DNA from: Puia sp.
GTDB taxonomy: Bacteria; Bacteroidota; Bacteroidia; Chitinophagales; Chitinophagaceae
Reading direction: 5' to 3'
Length of the DNA stretch: 64,000 nt
Assembly: GCA_035295505.1 (NCBI GenBank)
Contig: DATGIX010000104.1
Location: 10,809 to 74,808 of the forward strand
In this document: positions 40,932 through 50,660 of the stretch, one piece after another
Numbering within the stretch: position 1 is the stretch's first letter
How the letters are laid out: every line of letters begins with the position of its first letter
Translations under genes and position numbers: made by a program
The notes under the pieces: model-generated
What the model was told of the DNA's origin: nothing
What the model saw: only the letters and a program-made list of their open reading frames with translations
The model's database searches: none

Positions 40932-43130
40932 CTATCTGCCTCCCGGCGGGCAATGTTCTTTCAGATAATTTGTATAAAGTGTTCTTAGATGTTCTGTCGT
41001 GCCAGCACCTTCATTAATGCTATGCGTGCGATTTGGATAAGAAATTAACTGAAACTGCCTGTTGTATTTTATCAGTTCATTAATCAGCATCTCCGCATTA
41101 TTGTAATGAACATTATCATCACCAGTACCATGAATATATAATAAATTGCCACGAAGATTTTTTGCATAAGTAATTGGTGAACCTTTCATAAAATCATCTT
41201 TATTTTCTTGAGGCAGTCCCATATATCTTTCTTGATAAATATTATCATAAGTAAGCTGGTTGCCAACAGCAGCGATTGCAATTCCTGTTTTATAAATTTC
41301 AGGATGCTGGAACATGAGGTTCAATGTTGCGGAACCCCCGCCACTCCAGCCCCAAACAGCAACACGTGAAGTATCAACAAAAGGCATTTTCAAAATTTCT
41401 TTGGCAGCCATAGCCTGATCGCTGATATTAATCAATCCTATTTTTCTATAAACACATTTTCTCCAAGCGCTTCCTTTTGGCACAGGCGTTCCGCGATTAT
41501 CAATAGAAACATAGATATAGCCATCATCCGCCATATTGCCAAGGTATTCCCTGTTATTAGCGATTCCATAAGAATCACGAACATTTTGACCTGCCGGTTC
41601 TGTGTAAACAAAAAACACAACCGGATATTTTTTTGTTGCATCGAAATGGCTTGGTTTTGCCATCCACGCATCCATTTCAATCCCTTCTTCCGTTTTTATT
41701 TTTAAGAAGCTGACATTCGATTTTGTTGAATCAGCTTGTTCAACTGCGTGATACACTTTATGTCCATCCAATGCTGAATGGTCTGGCAATGCAACCCATT
41801 CTGTTGTTGTTGGCGTATAATGATTGGAGAAACTATGCCAGGCGATTTTCGCATTCGTGGAAATAATATAATCATGCGTGCCGAGTTGGTTCAACGGCGA
41901 TAATAATTCAGCTTTGCCTTTGCCATTCAACTTTGTGCGATATAAATATTTCTGTGTAGCATTATTCGGTGATGCCATAAAATAAACATAACCGCTTTTT
42001 TCGTCGACCTTTTTAATATCTATCACATCATAATTACCCGGAGTTATCAATGTTTCTTTTTTTCCATCGTGGCTGATACGATACAGATGAAGCCATCCAT
42101 CCTTTTCACTCATCCATAAAAACTCTAAACCATTATTTAACCAATCCCAACCACCCATTCTATAATTTGCATAATAACGCCCTTCGATATCAATCCACGC
42201 AGCATCTTTTTCAGTATAAATAATTTTTGAAAGCCCATCTCCAACATTGCAAAGCATCAAATCACTTTGGTTTTGTTTTCTGTTCAGATGTTGGATGATG
42301 AGTTCATCATTATTAGCAGCCCATTCCATTCTCGGAACATAACTTCCCCAAACTTTATCATCCGGAATATCCATCCATTTTATTTGCGCGGAAGAAATAT
42401 CAACAACACCAATTTTATAAGGCGATGGCTTTTCGCCGGCAACCGGATATTCAACCGGAACAACTCTTGAATAAACAGAGTCTGTAAGATTCGGCATGAG
42501 GTAATCTCTCGTGTTGCTTGCATCAATTTGCCAGTAAGCAATTTTTTTGCTGTCAGGGCTCCAGCGAAAACCATCGCGGCAATCAAATTCTTCTTCATAA
42601 GCCCAGTCAAAAGTTCCGTTAATTAATTTTCTTGTTCCGTCAAATGTCAGTTGCTTGATTTCCCCTGAAGACAAATCTTCAACATACAAATTATGGTTGC
42701 TCACATAAGCTGCTTTATTTCCGTCAGGAGAGATTTTCGCAAACATCAATGATGAAACCGGTAATGATTTTCCGAGTTGTGATAAAGATTTTTTTTGCAA
42801 ATCGTACAGCCAATAATCACCTCTCGTTTCATAACGCCACACTTTTTTTGAATTGGTATAAATCAAAATTTTTTGCGCATCATCTGAAACCGAGAATCTT
42901 CTGATTGCTAATGGGTTTGTTTGTCCGGCAGGAACCAATTTATCTTTTGAAAGAATGACTGTGTCCTTATTACCAATAACAGATGTAGATATAATATCAG
43001 CTTGCTTTACCGAATAATAAGAATTTCCATCTTTGCTCCATTCGTATTTATTGCCATATTGTGCGAAGGTTGAGTATTGTATAAAAATTATTACAAAAAA
43101 GAACAGCAGCATTTTTTGGCGGCGATACAT
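40932..43130 (-). CDS. S9B dipeptidyl-peptidase IV family peptidase
   Basis: DPPIV N-domain (NGTFDWAYEEE), GWSGGG nucleophile, HGTGDDNVH, YPNRTH. Confidence 0.93.
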   Translation of the reverse strand: MYRRQKMLLFFFVIIFIQYSTFAQYGNKYEWSKDGNSYYSVKQADIISTSVIGNKDTVILSKDKLVPAGQTNPLAIRRFSVSDDAQKILIYTNSKKVWRYETRGDYWLYDLQKKSLSQLGKSLPVSSLMFAKISPDGNKAAYVSNHNLYVEDLSSGEIKQLTFDGTRKLINGTFDWAYEEEFDCRDGFRWSPDSKKIAYWQIDASNTRDYLMPNLTDSVYSRVVPVEYPVAGEKPSPYKIGVVDISSAQIKWMDIPDDKVWGSYVPRMEWAANNDELIIQHLNRKQNQSDLMLCNVGDGLSKIIYTEKDAAWIDIEGRYYANYRMGGWDWLNNGLEFLWMSEKDGWLHLYRISHDGKKETLITPGNYDVIDIKKVDEKSGYVYFMASPNNATQKYLYRTKLNGKGKAELLSPLNQLGTHDYIISTNAKIAWHSFSNHYTPTTTEWVALPDHSALDGHKVYHAVEQADSTKSNVSFLKIKTEEGIEMDAWMAKPSHFDATKKYPVVFFVYTEPAGQNVRDSYGIANNREYLGNMADDGYIYVSIDNRGTPVPKGSAWRKCVYRKIGLINISDQAMAAKEILKMPFVDTSRVAVWGWSGGGSATLNLMFQHPEIYKTGIAIAAVGNQLTYDNIYQERYMGLPQENKDDFMKGSPITYAKNLRGNLLYIHGTGDDNVHYNNAEMLINELIKYNRQFQLISYPNRTHSINEGAGTTEHLRTLYTNYLKEHCPPGGR

Positions 43131-43180
43131 GATTTAATTTTTGTGGAAATTAAATCATTCAGTTGAGAAGATTTGCCCTA

Positions 43181-43218
43181 AAATAAAAATCCCGCCACAT
43201 TATTAATGATGACGGGAT
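43181..43218 (-). terminator. Terminator after the YXWGXW gene
   Basis: Minus strand atcccgtca...tggcgggat followed by tttttattt. Confidence 0.6.
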
Positions 43219-43239
43219 GAAATGAGTTGATTGCAAAAA

Positions 43240-43551
43240 TTAATATCTCCTACCTCTTCTCCAGCGGCCAGGCATCCATTGCCAGCCTCTGCGGGCATGA
43301 ACCCAACGACCTGGTACCCAAACCCATCCCGGATGTGGAGGCAACATCCAACGACCACCTCCATATTCATAATGATCGCCTCTGCCATTCCAGTCCTCTT
43401 CAATCCACACATGTGCCGGGCTTGGTTGAACTGGTCTAACAATTCGTGGTGCCGGAGGCCTAACGGTAACGTATACCTGCGCAGAAGCAGAAAATGAAAC
43501 TGCCATCACAATCACAGATAAAATTGCTACTCTGCTTACAATTTTTTTCAT
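43240..43551 (-). CDS. Small secreted YXWGXW-repeat protein
   Basis: Signal peptide; VRPPAP, WVWVPGRW, WQWMPGRW repeats. Confidence 0.8.
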   Translation of the reverse strand: MKKIVSRVAILSVIVMAVSFSASAQVYVTVRPPAPRIVRPVQPSPAHVWIEEDWNGRGDHYEYGGGRWMLPPHPGWVWVPGRWVHARRGWQWMPGRWRRGRRY

Positions 43552-43640
43552 AATAGATGATTTTAAAATTTATGCTTTGAGCATGTAAAACTAAAAAAGT
43601 TTAACCCAAAAGGGAACTAATTGTTTTCCAATCACCCCGT

Positions 43641-43673
43641 AAAAACACAACCTCGCCGATTTTGGCGAGGTTG
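43641..43673 (-). terminator. Terminator of fusA
   Basis: caacctcgcc-N6-ggcgaggttg 10-bp stem with a downstream T-run on the minus strand. Confidence 0.75.
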
Positions 43674-43705
43674 CATCAACTATAATCTTAATCTAAAAGT
43701 CTTTC

Positions 43706-45847
43706 TTACGCATTCACTTTTCCTCTCACCTTTGCTATCACTTCTTCAGCGATATTATTTGGTGCAGGAGAGTAATGAGAAAATTCCATGGTTGAAGTTG
43801 CACGACCTGAAGAAAGAGAACGCAATTGCGTTACATAACCAAACATTTCACTTAGAGGAACTTTTGCTTTAATCACCTGTGCATTATTCCTGCTATCCAT
43901 TCCTTCGAGAATGCCACGGCGACGGTTCAGGTCACCTGTCACATCACCCATGTATTGGTCTGGTGTGATGACTTCCACTTTCATGATTGGTTCCAACAAA
44001 ACAGGTTTTGCTTTTTTCGCCGCTTCACGAAAGCCTTGTTTGGCACAAAGCTCGAACGACATAGAATCTGAGTCAACCGCGTGGAAACTTCCATCAAACA
44101 CACGAATTTTCATGTTCTCAACAGGATAGCTCGCAAGAACGCCTGTTGTCATTGAACTTTCAAAACCCTTTTGAATCGCAGGCACAAACTCACGTGGAAT
44201 CGAACCTCCGAACAAATCATTCACAAACTGATAATGACCTTTGTCTTCTTTCAAAAACTCTTCGTCAGCAGGTCCGATTTCGAAAACGATATCTGCGAAC
44301 TTACCACGACCACCTGTTTGTTTTTTCAATGTCTCTCTATGTTCAACAGTTTTCTGGAATGCTTCTTTATAAGCAACTTGCGGAGCACCCTGATTAATCT
44401 CAACTTTGAATTCACGTTTCATTCTATCCACAATAATTTCAAGATGAAGCTCGCCCATTCCGCTCAAAATAGTCTGACCTGTTTCTTCGTCAGTCTTTAC
44501 TTTCAATGTCGGGTCTTCTTCCACCAATTTTGCAATTGCCATTCCCATCTTGTCAACATCAGCCTGGGTCTTTGGCTCAACAGCGATTGAGATAACCGGT
44601 TCAGGGAAAGTCATACTTTCGAGAACAATCGGATCGTCTTCATTACAAAGTGTATCTCCGGTTTTAATATCTTTAAAACCAACCGCAGCACCAATATCTC
44701 CTGCTTCGATGAAATCAATAGGGTTTTGTTTATTTGCATGCATTTGCATAATGCGTGAAATACGTTCGTTCTTTCCTGTACGCGTGTTCAGCACATAAGA
44801 ACCGGCATCCAAGTGACCGCTGTATGCACGGAAGAATGCGAGCCTTCCAACAAAAGGGTCAGTCATGATTTTGAATGCCAATGCTGCAAATGGCGCTTTT
44901 GCATCTGGCTTGCGCTCAAGTTCTTCGCCTGTATTAGGGTCTGTTCCTTTCACAGCTTCAATATCCAAAGGGCCAGGCAAATAACGAACGATAGCATCCA
45001 ATGCAGTTTGAACACCTTTGTTTTTGAAAGATGAACCACACATCATCGGAATAATAGAAATATCAATGGTCGCTTTGCGGATGGCTTCATGTACTTCATC
45101 TTCCGTGATGGTGTTCGGGTCATCAAAGAATTTTTCAAGAAGCTTGTCATCATATTCTGCAACGGCTTCAATCAAATGCTGTCTCCATTCTGCTACTTCA
45201 TCAGCCATATCATCGGGAATCGGAACTTCTTTGAAAGTCATACCTTTTGTGTCTTCGTCCCAAATAATCCCTTTCATCGTAATCAAATCCACAACGCCTT
45301 TGAAAGCATCTTCAGCTCCGATTGGTAGTTGTAATGGAACAGCTTTTGCACCGAGCATTTCTTTCACTTGTTTCACCACATTCAAAAAGTCTGCACCCGC
45401 ACGGTCCATTTTATTCACGAAACCGATACGCGGAACTTTATAACGATTTGCCTGCCGCCAAACAGTTTCTGACTGCGGCTCAACGCCTGACACTGCGCAG
45501 AACAATGCCAGCAAGCCATCCAATACACGCAATGATCGTTCTACCTCAACGGTAAAATCAACGTGACCGGGAGTATCAATGATGTTGAATTTATATTGTT
45601 TTGTATTCGCATTTTTCTGTCCCTGTGTTGTCGGGAAATTCCAAAAACAGGTAGTCGCAGCGGAAGTAATGGTAATACCTCTTTCCTGCTCCTGCGCCAT
45701 CCAGTCCATTGTTGCAGCGCCGTCATGAACTTCACCGATTTTGTGGTTCACGCCCGTGTAATAAAGGATACGCTCTGTCGTAGTGGTTTTTCCGGCATCA
45801 ATATGAGCCGCAATACCAAAGTTTCTTTGAAATCGTAAGTCTGCCAT
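43706..45847 (-). CDS. fusA: Elongation factor G
   Basis: [34 protein letters not shown]. Confidence 0.99.
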   Translation of the reverse strand: MADLRFQRNFGIAAHIDAGKTTTTERILYYTGVNHKIGEVHDGAATMDWMAQEQERGITITSAATTCFWNFPTTQGQKNANTKQYKFNIIDTPGHVDFTVEVERSLRVLDGLLALFCAVSGVEPQSETVWRQANRYKVPRIGFVNKMDRAGADFLNVVKQVKEMLGAKAVPLQLPIGAEDAFKGVVDLITMKGIIWDEDTKGMTFKEVPIPDDMADEVAEWRQHLIEAVAEYDDKLLEKFFDDPNTITEDEVHEAIRKATIDISIIPMMCGSSFKNKGVQTALDAIVRYLPGPLDIEAVKGTDPNTGEELERKPDAKAPFAALAFKIMTDPFVGRLAFFRAYSGHLDAGSYVLNTRTGKNERISRIMQMHANKQNPIDFIEAGDIGAAVGFKDIKTGDTLCNEDDPIVLESMTFPEPVISIAVEPKTQADVDKMGMAIAKLVEEDPTLKVKTDEETGQTILSGMGELHLEIIVDRMKREFKVEINQGAPQVAYKEAFQKTVEHRETLKKQTGGRGKFADIVFEIGPADEEFLKEDKGHYQFVNDLFGGSIPREFVPAIQKGFESSMTTGVLASYPVENMKIRVFDGSFHAVDSDSMSFELCAKQGFREAAKKAKPVLLEPIMKVEVITPDQYMGDVTGDLNRRRGILEGMDSRNNAQVIKAKVPLSEMFGYVTQLRSLSSGRATSTMEFSHYSPAPNNIAEEVIAKVRGKVNA

Positions 45848-46011
45848 TTTATTATTTTAAAAAGTTATTGCTTTTGAGTCTGTCTTTCTTCTGATTTAGT
45901 TTTTGCCTTTTAGCATTTAAAAGATTGATATTATTGAAAATCAATCGTGTTGAACATTACAAAAACTATGATAACGGCTGCATTGGTATAAAATTTTGAA
46001 ATTTCGGTGTG

Positions 46012-46019
46012 CAAAGGTA
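46012..46019 (-). promoter_or_regulatory. -7 promoter element of fusA
   Basis: TACCTTTG, about 165 nt upstream of the ATG. Confidence 0.7.
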
Positions 46020-46054
46020 CATAAATTATTGATGCAAAAAGGTATGTGTGGGTA

Positions 46055-46163
46055 AAGTTTCGGGTTTCTGGTTTCGAGTTTCAAGTTCTTAATTCTAAAT
46101 CTCTAATTAGAATTTATAATCATTCATGGCATCCTCAGAACTGAAGACTGTCAACTCCAAACT
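46055..46163. repeat. Heptamer-periodic inverted repeat between rpsG and fusA
   Basis: aagtttc gggtttc tggtttc gagtttc ... cagaact gaagact gtcaact ccaaact. Confidence 0.7.
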
Positions 46164-46278
46164 ATCATAATACCAGCTTCAGCAACTCCTATTGAGCATC
46201 CTTGCGTCGCAATCCGTCTATCAGTTGTGCTACTATTGAGCTGAAGTTTCATAATCGGCAATATCTTTCACCTAATAA

Positions 46279-46380
46279 TTGTCCGAACCATGATTTTGAC
46301 CTGATTGAACTGATTATACTGATTGTCTATATTTATAATCAGGTGAATCATAAAAATCAGCTTAATCCCAGTTCAGACAG
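46279..46380. repeat. Nonamer-periodic inverted repeat element
   Basis: ttgtccgaaccatgatt..gacctgatt gaactgatt atactgatt / aatcaggtg aatcataaa aatcagctt aatcccagttcagaca; half copy at 30504-30538. Confidence 0.65.
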
Positions 46381-46382
46381 AC

Positions 46383-46407
46383 AAAAAACCCCGCAAAATT
46401 GCAGGGC
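46383..46407 (-). terminator. Terminator after rpsG
   Basis: Minus strand ccctgcaa-tt-ttgcgggg followed by tttttt. Confidence 0.7.
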
Positions 46408-46440
46408 TCAAACTAATCAGAATATCTTCAAAAAATTAAA

Positions 46441-46908
46441 CTATACTTTAAAGTGAGCAAATGCTTTATTAGCTTCTGCCATACGGTGCGTGTCTTCTTT
46501 CTTTTTGAAAGCGCCGCCTTCACCTTTGCTTGCAGCAACGATTTCATTCGCCAATTTATCAGCCATGCTTCTTCCGTTGCGCTCGCGGCTATAGCGGATA
46601 AGCCATTTAATGCTCAAAGAAATCTTTCTGTCAGCACGAACTTCTGAAGGAATCTGGAAAGTTGCGCCACCAATCCTGCGGCTTCTAACTTCGACCGCCG
46701 GAGTGATGTTTGATAAAGCACGCTTCCAGATTTCATAGCCATCTTCATTGGTCTGTTTTGACACTTTCGCCAATGCATCATAAAAAATATTGAAAGCGGT
46801 GTTCTTTTTACCTTGCCACATAAGGTTGTTCACGAAACGTGTTACCTGAATGTCATTATATTTTGCATCAGGTGCGAGTGGTAATTTTTTGGCTTGCGTC
46901 TTCCTCAT
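46441..46908 (-). CDS. rpsG: 30S ribosomal protein S7
   Basis: [27 protein letters not shown]. Confidence 0.98.
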   Translation of the reverse strand: MRKTQAKKLPLAPDAKYNDIQVTRFVNNLMWQGKKNTAFNIFYDALAKVSKQTNEDGYEIWKRALSNITPAVEVRSRRIGGATFQIPSEVRADRKISLSIKWLIRYSRERNGRSMADKLANEIVAASKGEGGAFKKKEDTHRMAEANKAFAHFKV

Positions 46909-46932
46909 TGCTGAATTAAATTTCTATTTGAA

Positions 46933-47331
46933 TTATTTTTTTGCTGCTGGTTTTGGTCCACCTTTATCTTTCTTCGTTCCGTATTTGGAACGGCTCTTCT
47001 TGCGGTCTTTCACGCCTGCTGTGTCAAGGCTTCCGCGAACGATGTGATAGCGAACACCCGGTAAATCTTTTACACGACCACCGCGGATAAGCACGATGGA
47101 GTGCTCCTGCAGGTTGTGACCTTCACCCGGGATATAAGCAATCACCTCCACTTTATTAGTTAAACGAACTTTAGCAACCTTGCGCAAAGCTGAGTTTGGC
47201 TTTTTTGGCGTGGTTGTGTAAACACGAGTGCAAACGCCACGGCGCTGCGGGCATGCATCCAAAGCCCTTGATTTGCTCTTTGCTTTGATGATTTCTCTTC
47301 CTTTTCTAACTAATTGTTGTATGGTAGGCAT
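46933..47331 (-). CDS. rpsL: 30S ribosomal protein S12
   Basis: [33 protein letters not shown]. Confidence 0.99.
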   Translation of the reverse strand: MPTIQQLVRKGREIIKAKSKSRALDACPQRRGVCTRVYTTTPKKPNSALRKVAKVRLTNKVEVIAYIPGEGHNLQEHSIVLIRGGRVKDLPGVRYHIVRGSLDTAGVKDRKKSRSKYGTKKDKGGPKPAAKK

Positions 47332-47358
47332 TCTTGACCTATTTTATTTTTTGGACGG

Positions 47359-47366
47359 CAAAGGTA
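47359..47366 (-). promoter_or_regulatory. -7 promoter element of rpsL-rpsG
   Basis: TACCTTTG, 27 nt upstream of the ATG. Confidence 0.8.
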
Positions 47367-47509
47367 AAGACCGAGGAACTAATATCCAAATAAAAAAACA
47401 GTTTTTAGTAAGCAGTTCGCAGTATTCAGTTGGCAGGCTCAAATTCATAATCAAAACGGCATATATGTACTCAAAACAAAAGTAAAGATATTGATTTTAG
47501 TCAATTGTT

Positions 47510-47683
47510 TTAGGAATCGTTTTTGTGTTCTTTGTAATAATAAAACATGTTTATTATTGAAGACAGCACAAATAGACCCGCTGAAATTCTACCTAATAAT
47601 TTACAGTGAAAATGAAAAAACAATAAACCCAGAAATATAAAAAAGACTGCAATCAATCCCGTATTACCTGCATTAAGTTTCAT
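47510..47683 (-). CDS. Small two-TM membrane protein (57 aa; not in ORF track)
   Basis: Hand translation: MKLNAGNTGLIAVFFIFLGLLFFHFHCKLLGRISAGLFVLSSIINMFYYYKEHKNDS. Confidence 0.55.
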   Translation of the reverse strand: MKLNAGNTGLIAVFFIFLGLLFFHFHCKLLGRISAGLFVLSSIINMFYYYKEHKNDS

Positions 47684-47755
47684 TAACTGAATTTAGCAAA
47701 TATTCTTAATTGTGTTCTGGGTGCATATTTGCCTAACGATAACTAACTTTGTGAT

Positions 47756-47899
47756 ATGGCAGAAAAGAAAAAAAAGAAGCTCACTACTGAAGAAAAATTT
47801 GCTAACGCTGAAATGATACTGAAGGGGAAAAAAATAAATCCTCTCGGGAAAGAACTATTCGAAACAGTATTAAAAAAGACAGTTAAACCAAAAAAATAA
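47756..47899 (+). CDS. Small basic protein (47 aa; not in ORF track)
   Basis: MAEKKKKKLTTEEKFANAEMILKGKKINPLGKELFETVLKKTVKPKK; TAACTTTG ends 4 nt before the ATG. Confidence 0.65.
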   Translation: MAEKKKKKLTTEEKFANAEMILKGKKINPLGKELFETVLKKTVKPKK

Positions 47900-47908
47900 A
47901 AGTTTTTT

Positions 47909-48418
47909 TTATAAAGTTTCCGTTGAAACAGGTGATAAGGAATCTGGAAACCTCTTTTCAAGCTCATCTCTTAAGTTGGGGAAATAATAAGACACCATTG
48001 CAATTGGATTAGTCAATTGAATAAGAACATTATTAAATACAGTTCCTTTTAAAGATTGAGAAAATAATGCTCTTGTTTGCGGGATTGCTTCAGTGAAAAT
48101 TATTACATAAAATTCTAATGGTAATTTTATAGATTCCGCATCAACCATAAAAGATGTTAGCTCCTTTATAAAAAAAACATTTTCGACCTCAATTTGAGCT
48201 AATTGAACTGCGGGCGTATCCTCATAAAAAAAGAAAGCAGTTAAAACCAAATTTGCTAATTGAAATTCTAAGTTGAAGCCAATATTTTGCGCAATCTCAA
48301 TTTTCACGCGTCTATCTGCTCCGGGAATATAGCCCAACTCGTTAAGAGAAAACTTTCTTAATTTGATTTCGCGTACTTCAACAGTAATTAAGGAACCCTG
48401 AGAAGTATTAATCTGCAT
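47909..48418 (-). CDS. Putative SecB-like chaperone of a toxin-antitoxin-chaperone module
   Basis: 169 aa; beta-rich N-part followed by IIFTEAIPQTRALF..SLKGTVFNNVLIQLTNP, resembling the SecB C-terminal helix/strand pattern; 11-bp overlap with the antitoxin. Confidence 0.55.
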   Translation of the reverse strand: MQINTSQGSLITVEVREIKLRKFSLNELGYIPGADRRVKIEIAQNIGFNLEFQLANLVLTAFFFYEDTPAVQLAQIEVENVFFIKELTSFMVDAESIKLPLEFYVIIFTEAIPQTRALFSQSLKGTVFNNVLIQLTNPIAMVSYYFPNLRDELEKRFPDSLSPVSTETL

Positions 48419-48863
48419 ATTTAAGTTTTAAATAGGAATATATAACTTTAGTACTGTCGGGTTGTTCCTTAAATGGGCTAAAAGGTATAACCATAGCTTC
48501 TAAATTTTTATTCTCTTTGCTTTGTCTAAACTCTTTATATTTTAGTTTCTCATTTACATTAAAATTATAAGTAGGGAAATCCAATAATTCAAATTCCAAT
48601 TTTCGAGATAATTTCCAAATTGTTTGAAGGCTTAAATTTTCTTTTCCTTGTAAAACCCTGCTTATATATTGCCTTTCTACACCCAGCAATACTGCTAAAT
48701 CTGTCTGATTAAATTCATCTCGCGTATTTAAAATTGCAGATATATTACGAGCAATCTTAGCTGAATATTCGCTTAACCAAGGCTTTTCAATTTTTTCATT
48801 GACCTTTTCCTCCCATTTTGATGGAGTATTACTTATTAATTTTCTAAAGTTTTCATTTTTCAT
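48408..48863 (-). CDS. XRE/HigA-like HTH antitoxin with C-terminal extension
   Basis: NQTDLAVLLGVERQYISRVLQGKENLSLQTIWKL HTH; tail of about 50 aa ending VIYSYLKLKYAD. Confidence 0.8.
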   Translation of the reverse strand: MKNENFRKLISNTPSKWEEKVNEKIEKPWLSEYSAKIARNISAILNTRDEFNQTDLAVLLGVERQYISRVLQGKENLSLQTIWKLSRKLEFELLDFPTYNFNVNEKLKYKEFRQSKENKNLEAMVIPFSPFKEQPDSTKVIYSYLKLKYAD

Positions 48864-49467
48864 AATAAGAATATTTTATGTCATCCTGAGATGTCACATC
48901 ATTTTCCAGCAACCATTCTTTAACCTTTTGAAGTTTATTTAATTCTTCTAATGTATCATGATGATGCTCCATCCAATGTGTTAATTTGATAGCTCCCCCC
49001 GTTATCACAAATGTATTATCCTCAATTCTTAACCCGTAAAGCCTCAATATAGGTTGTGGATTATTTATTTTATCTTCTATTTTGAATTTTGACTCTTGTA
49101 ATGAATCCTCATCAAATTGCTTTTTTTCCTTTTCAAGAGGTTTAAATAAAGTTTGCAAAAAACCTGAAGAAGTTTTATAGCCATCTAATCTATATTGAAT
49201 AAATAAAGAGTAAATCTGCGTTGCTTCAAATTCTACCTTTTCTGATAGATTGAAAGCTTTATCAAAATGTCCAAATGTCTCGTAATAATCAAAATACGAA
49301 TCTTTTAGAAACTCTTCATTAAATAAAAAATAGCTTAAAACGAAATTAGAATCATCCCATTGTTCAAAGAGCCTTTCAAATTCATCTGGTTCACCTTCTC
49401 TGTATCTAACAGCAAAGAGACCTTCAACTGAACCCTCATCATCTACGAAGATAGGAACTAATTCCAT
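48853..49467 (-). CDS. Putative RelE/HigB-like toxin
   Basis: Start MELVPIF (49467); C-terminal LRLYGLRIEDNTFVITGGAIK pattern; 11-bp overlap with the HTH gene. Confidence 0.6.
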   Translation of the reverse strand: MELVPIFVDDEGSVEGLFAVRYREGEPDEFERLFEQWDDSNFVLSYFLFNEEFLKDSYFDYYETFGHFDKAFNLSEKVEFEATQIYSLFIQYRLDGYKTSSGFLQTLFKPLEKEKKQFDEDSLQESKFKIEDKINNPQPILRLYGLRIEDNTFVITGGAIKLTHWMEHHHDTLEELNKLQKVKEWLLENDVTSQDDIKYSYYEK

Positions 49468-49493
49468 AATTGTCAACTTAAAAGTTGACAATT
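49468..49493. promoter_or_regulatory. Palindromic operator abutting the toxin start codon
   Basis: aattgtcaact-taaa-agttgacaatt; extra half-site ttgtcaact at 49503-49511. Confidence 0.65.
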
Positions 49494-49548
49494 AGCCTTT
49501 GTTTGTCAACTATGATTGGAATCATAAATTAACAAATAAAGACTGGAA

Positions 49549-50427
49549 TTAAACCACGTGACTTAAAACAATATCAAACATTTCATCTTGTTTTTCTCTT
49601 TGCATCATTCTAAAGGCTACTTCATCAACATATTTTTGCAAATGTTTTGCTGATACATGAATATGTGTTCCTTTAATAGTACGCTTCAAATTTGACCATG
49701 CATTTTCTATATTATTGGTAGTGTATTCTCCCCTCTTATACTCATTCTCTATGTGGTTTATAACTTCGTGTTTTATGTAATGCAAATTTAATCCTGAATA
49801 TCCGGCGTGTGAATCGGTAACTATTGTAGCGTTAGCATCAACATTTGCCTTTACTCTTTCTCTGTAAGATTTAATGTCTGTCATTACTTCAAACTTTATT
49901 TGCTTCTTATCATTGATAAAGCCCATAACGCCTACTTTGTTATCAAACTTTGTATTTCCGCTCTCATAAATCTCTTTGCGCTCTTTAGCATGTTTGTTTG
50001 CTAATTTCATCCCGAACCAGCTTTCATCTATTTGCACAGTTCCCGTTAGCTTCGGCATTCTCTTATCAGCCATCAGTATTTTTATTTGGTGTGCCATGCG
50101 AAGGGCTGTTTTGTAACATACGTTCAATGTGCGCTCAATCTCTTTTGCGCTCACACCGTTTCGCGTTGTGCATTGCATATATATGATAAGAAACCAGTCT
50201 AACAAGGATGTTGTGCTTTTCTCAAATATTGTGTCTTTAGTGGGATATATCTGGAAAGCACAATTAGGGCAAAAATATGAGCGTCTGCCTTCCACTCTTT
50301 TAAACTTGTTATCGCTCTCGCATTTAGGGCAAATGAGGTTATTAAATCTTAGCTGAAAGATTTTGTCTAAACATGCATCATCGTTAGGATATGCAGTTCT
50401 GAATTGGTTTATAGTTAATTTGTTCAT
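49549..50427 (-). CDS. IS1595-family (ISXO2-like) DDE transposase
   Basis: Zn ribbon CPKC...CPNC, HTH, VQIDESWFG, IVTDSHAGY, TTNNIENAWSNLKR, HVSAKHLQKYVDEVAFR; start 50427. Confidence 0.93.
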   Translation of the reverse strand: MNKLTINQFRTAYPNDDACLDKIFQLRFNNLICPKCESDNKFKRVEGRRSYFCPNCAFQIYPTKDTIFEKSTTSLLDWFLIIYMQCTTRNGVSAKEIERTLNVCYKTALRMAHQIKILMADKRMPKLTGTVQIDESWFGMKLANKHAKERKEIYESGNTKFDNKVGVMGFINDKKQIKFEVMTDIKSYRERVKANVDANATIVTDSHAGYSGLNLHYIKHEVINHIENEYKRGEYTTNNIENAWSNLKRTIKGTHIHVSAKHLQKYVDEVAFRMMQREKQDEMFDIVLSHVV

Positions 50428-50477
50428 AGTTGTAACATTTAAGTTTGAAACTTGCAACTAACAAGACAAAAAATATA

Positions 50478-50660
50478 TTATCTCCGTCTTGCAATCACAG
50501 GTATTGCAGGGAATTTGTCAAGCTGAATGAATTGGATGCCATCAATAACAAAGCTGTTCATCTTCCCTTCTTTGATTAATTTGTATATGTATGAAGTAGT
50601 GACATTCTCTTTGAGAGCGTAGTTCTTAATCGTAATAAGATTATTCACTTCTACTTTCAT
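50478..50660 (-). CDS. Small excisionase/HTH-like DNA-binding protein (60 aa)
   Basis: MKVEVNNLITIKNYALKENVTTSYIYKLIKEGKMNSFVIDGIQFI; TATATTTG ends 4 nt before the ATG. Confidence 0.7.
   Translation of the reverse strand: MKVEVNNLITIKNYALKENVTTSYIYKLIKEGKMNSFVIDGIQFIQLDKFPAIPVIARRR

Noticed and set aside
27370-47047. Many short plus-strand ORFs over secY, ribosomal-protein genes and fusA
   Set aside because: Antisense shadows of highly conserved genes; no domain signatures
46441-47331. Absence of tuf from the str cluster as a novelty
   Set aside because: tuf is commonly located elsewhere, near the secE/tRNA cluster, in Bacteroidota
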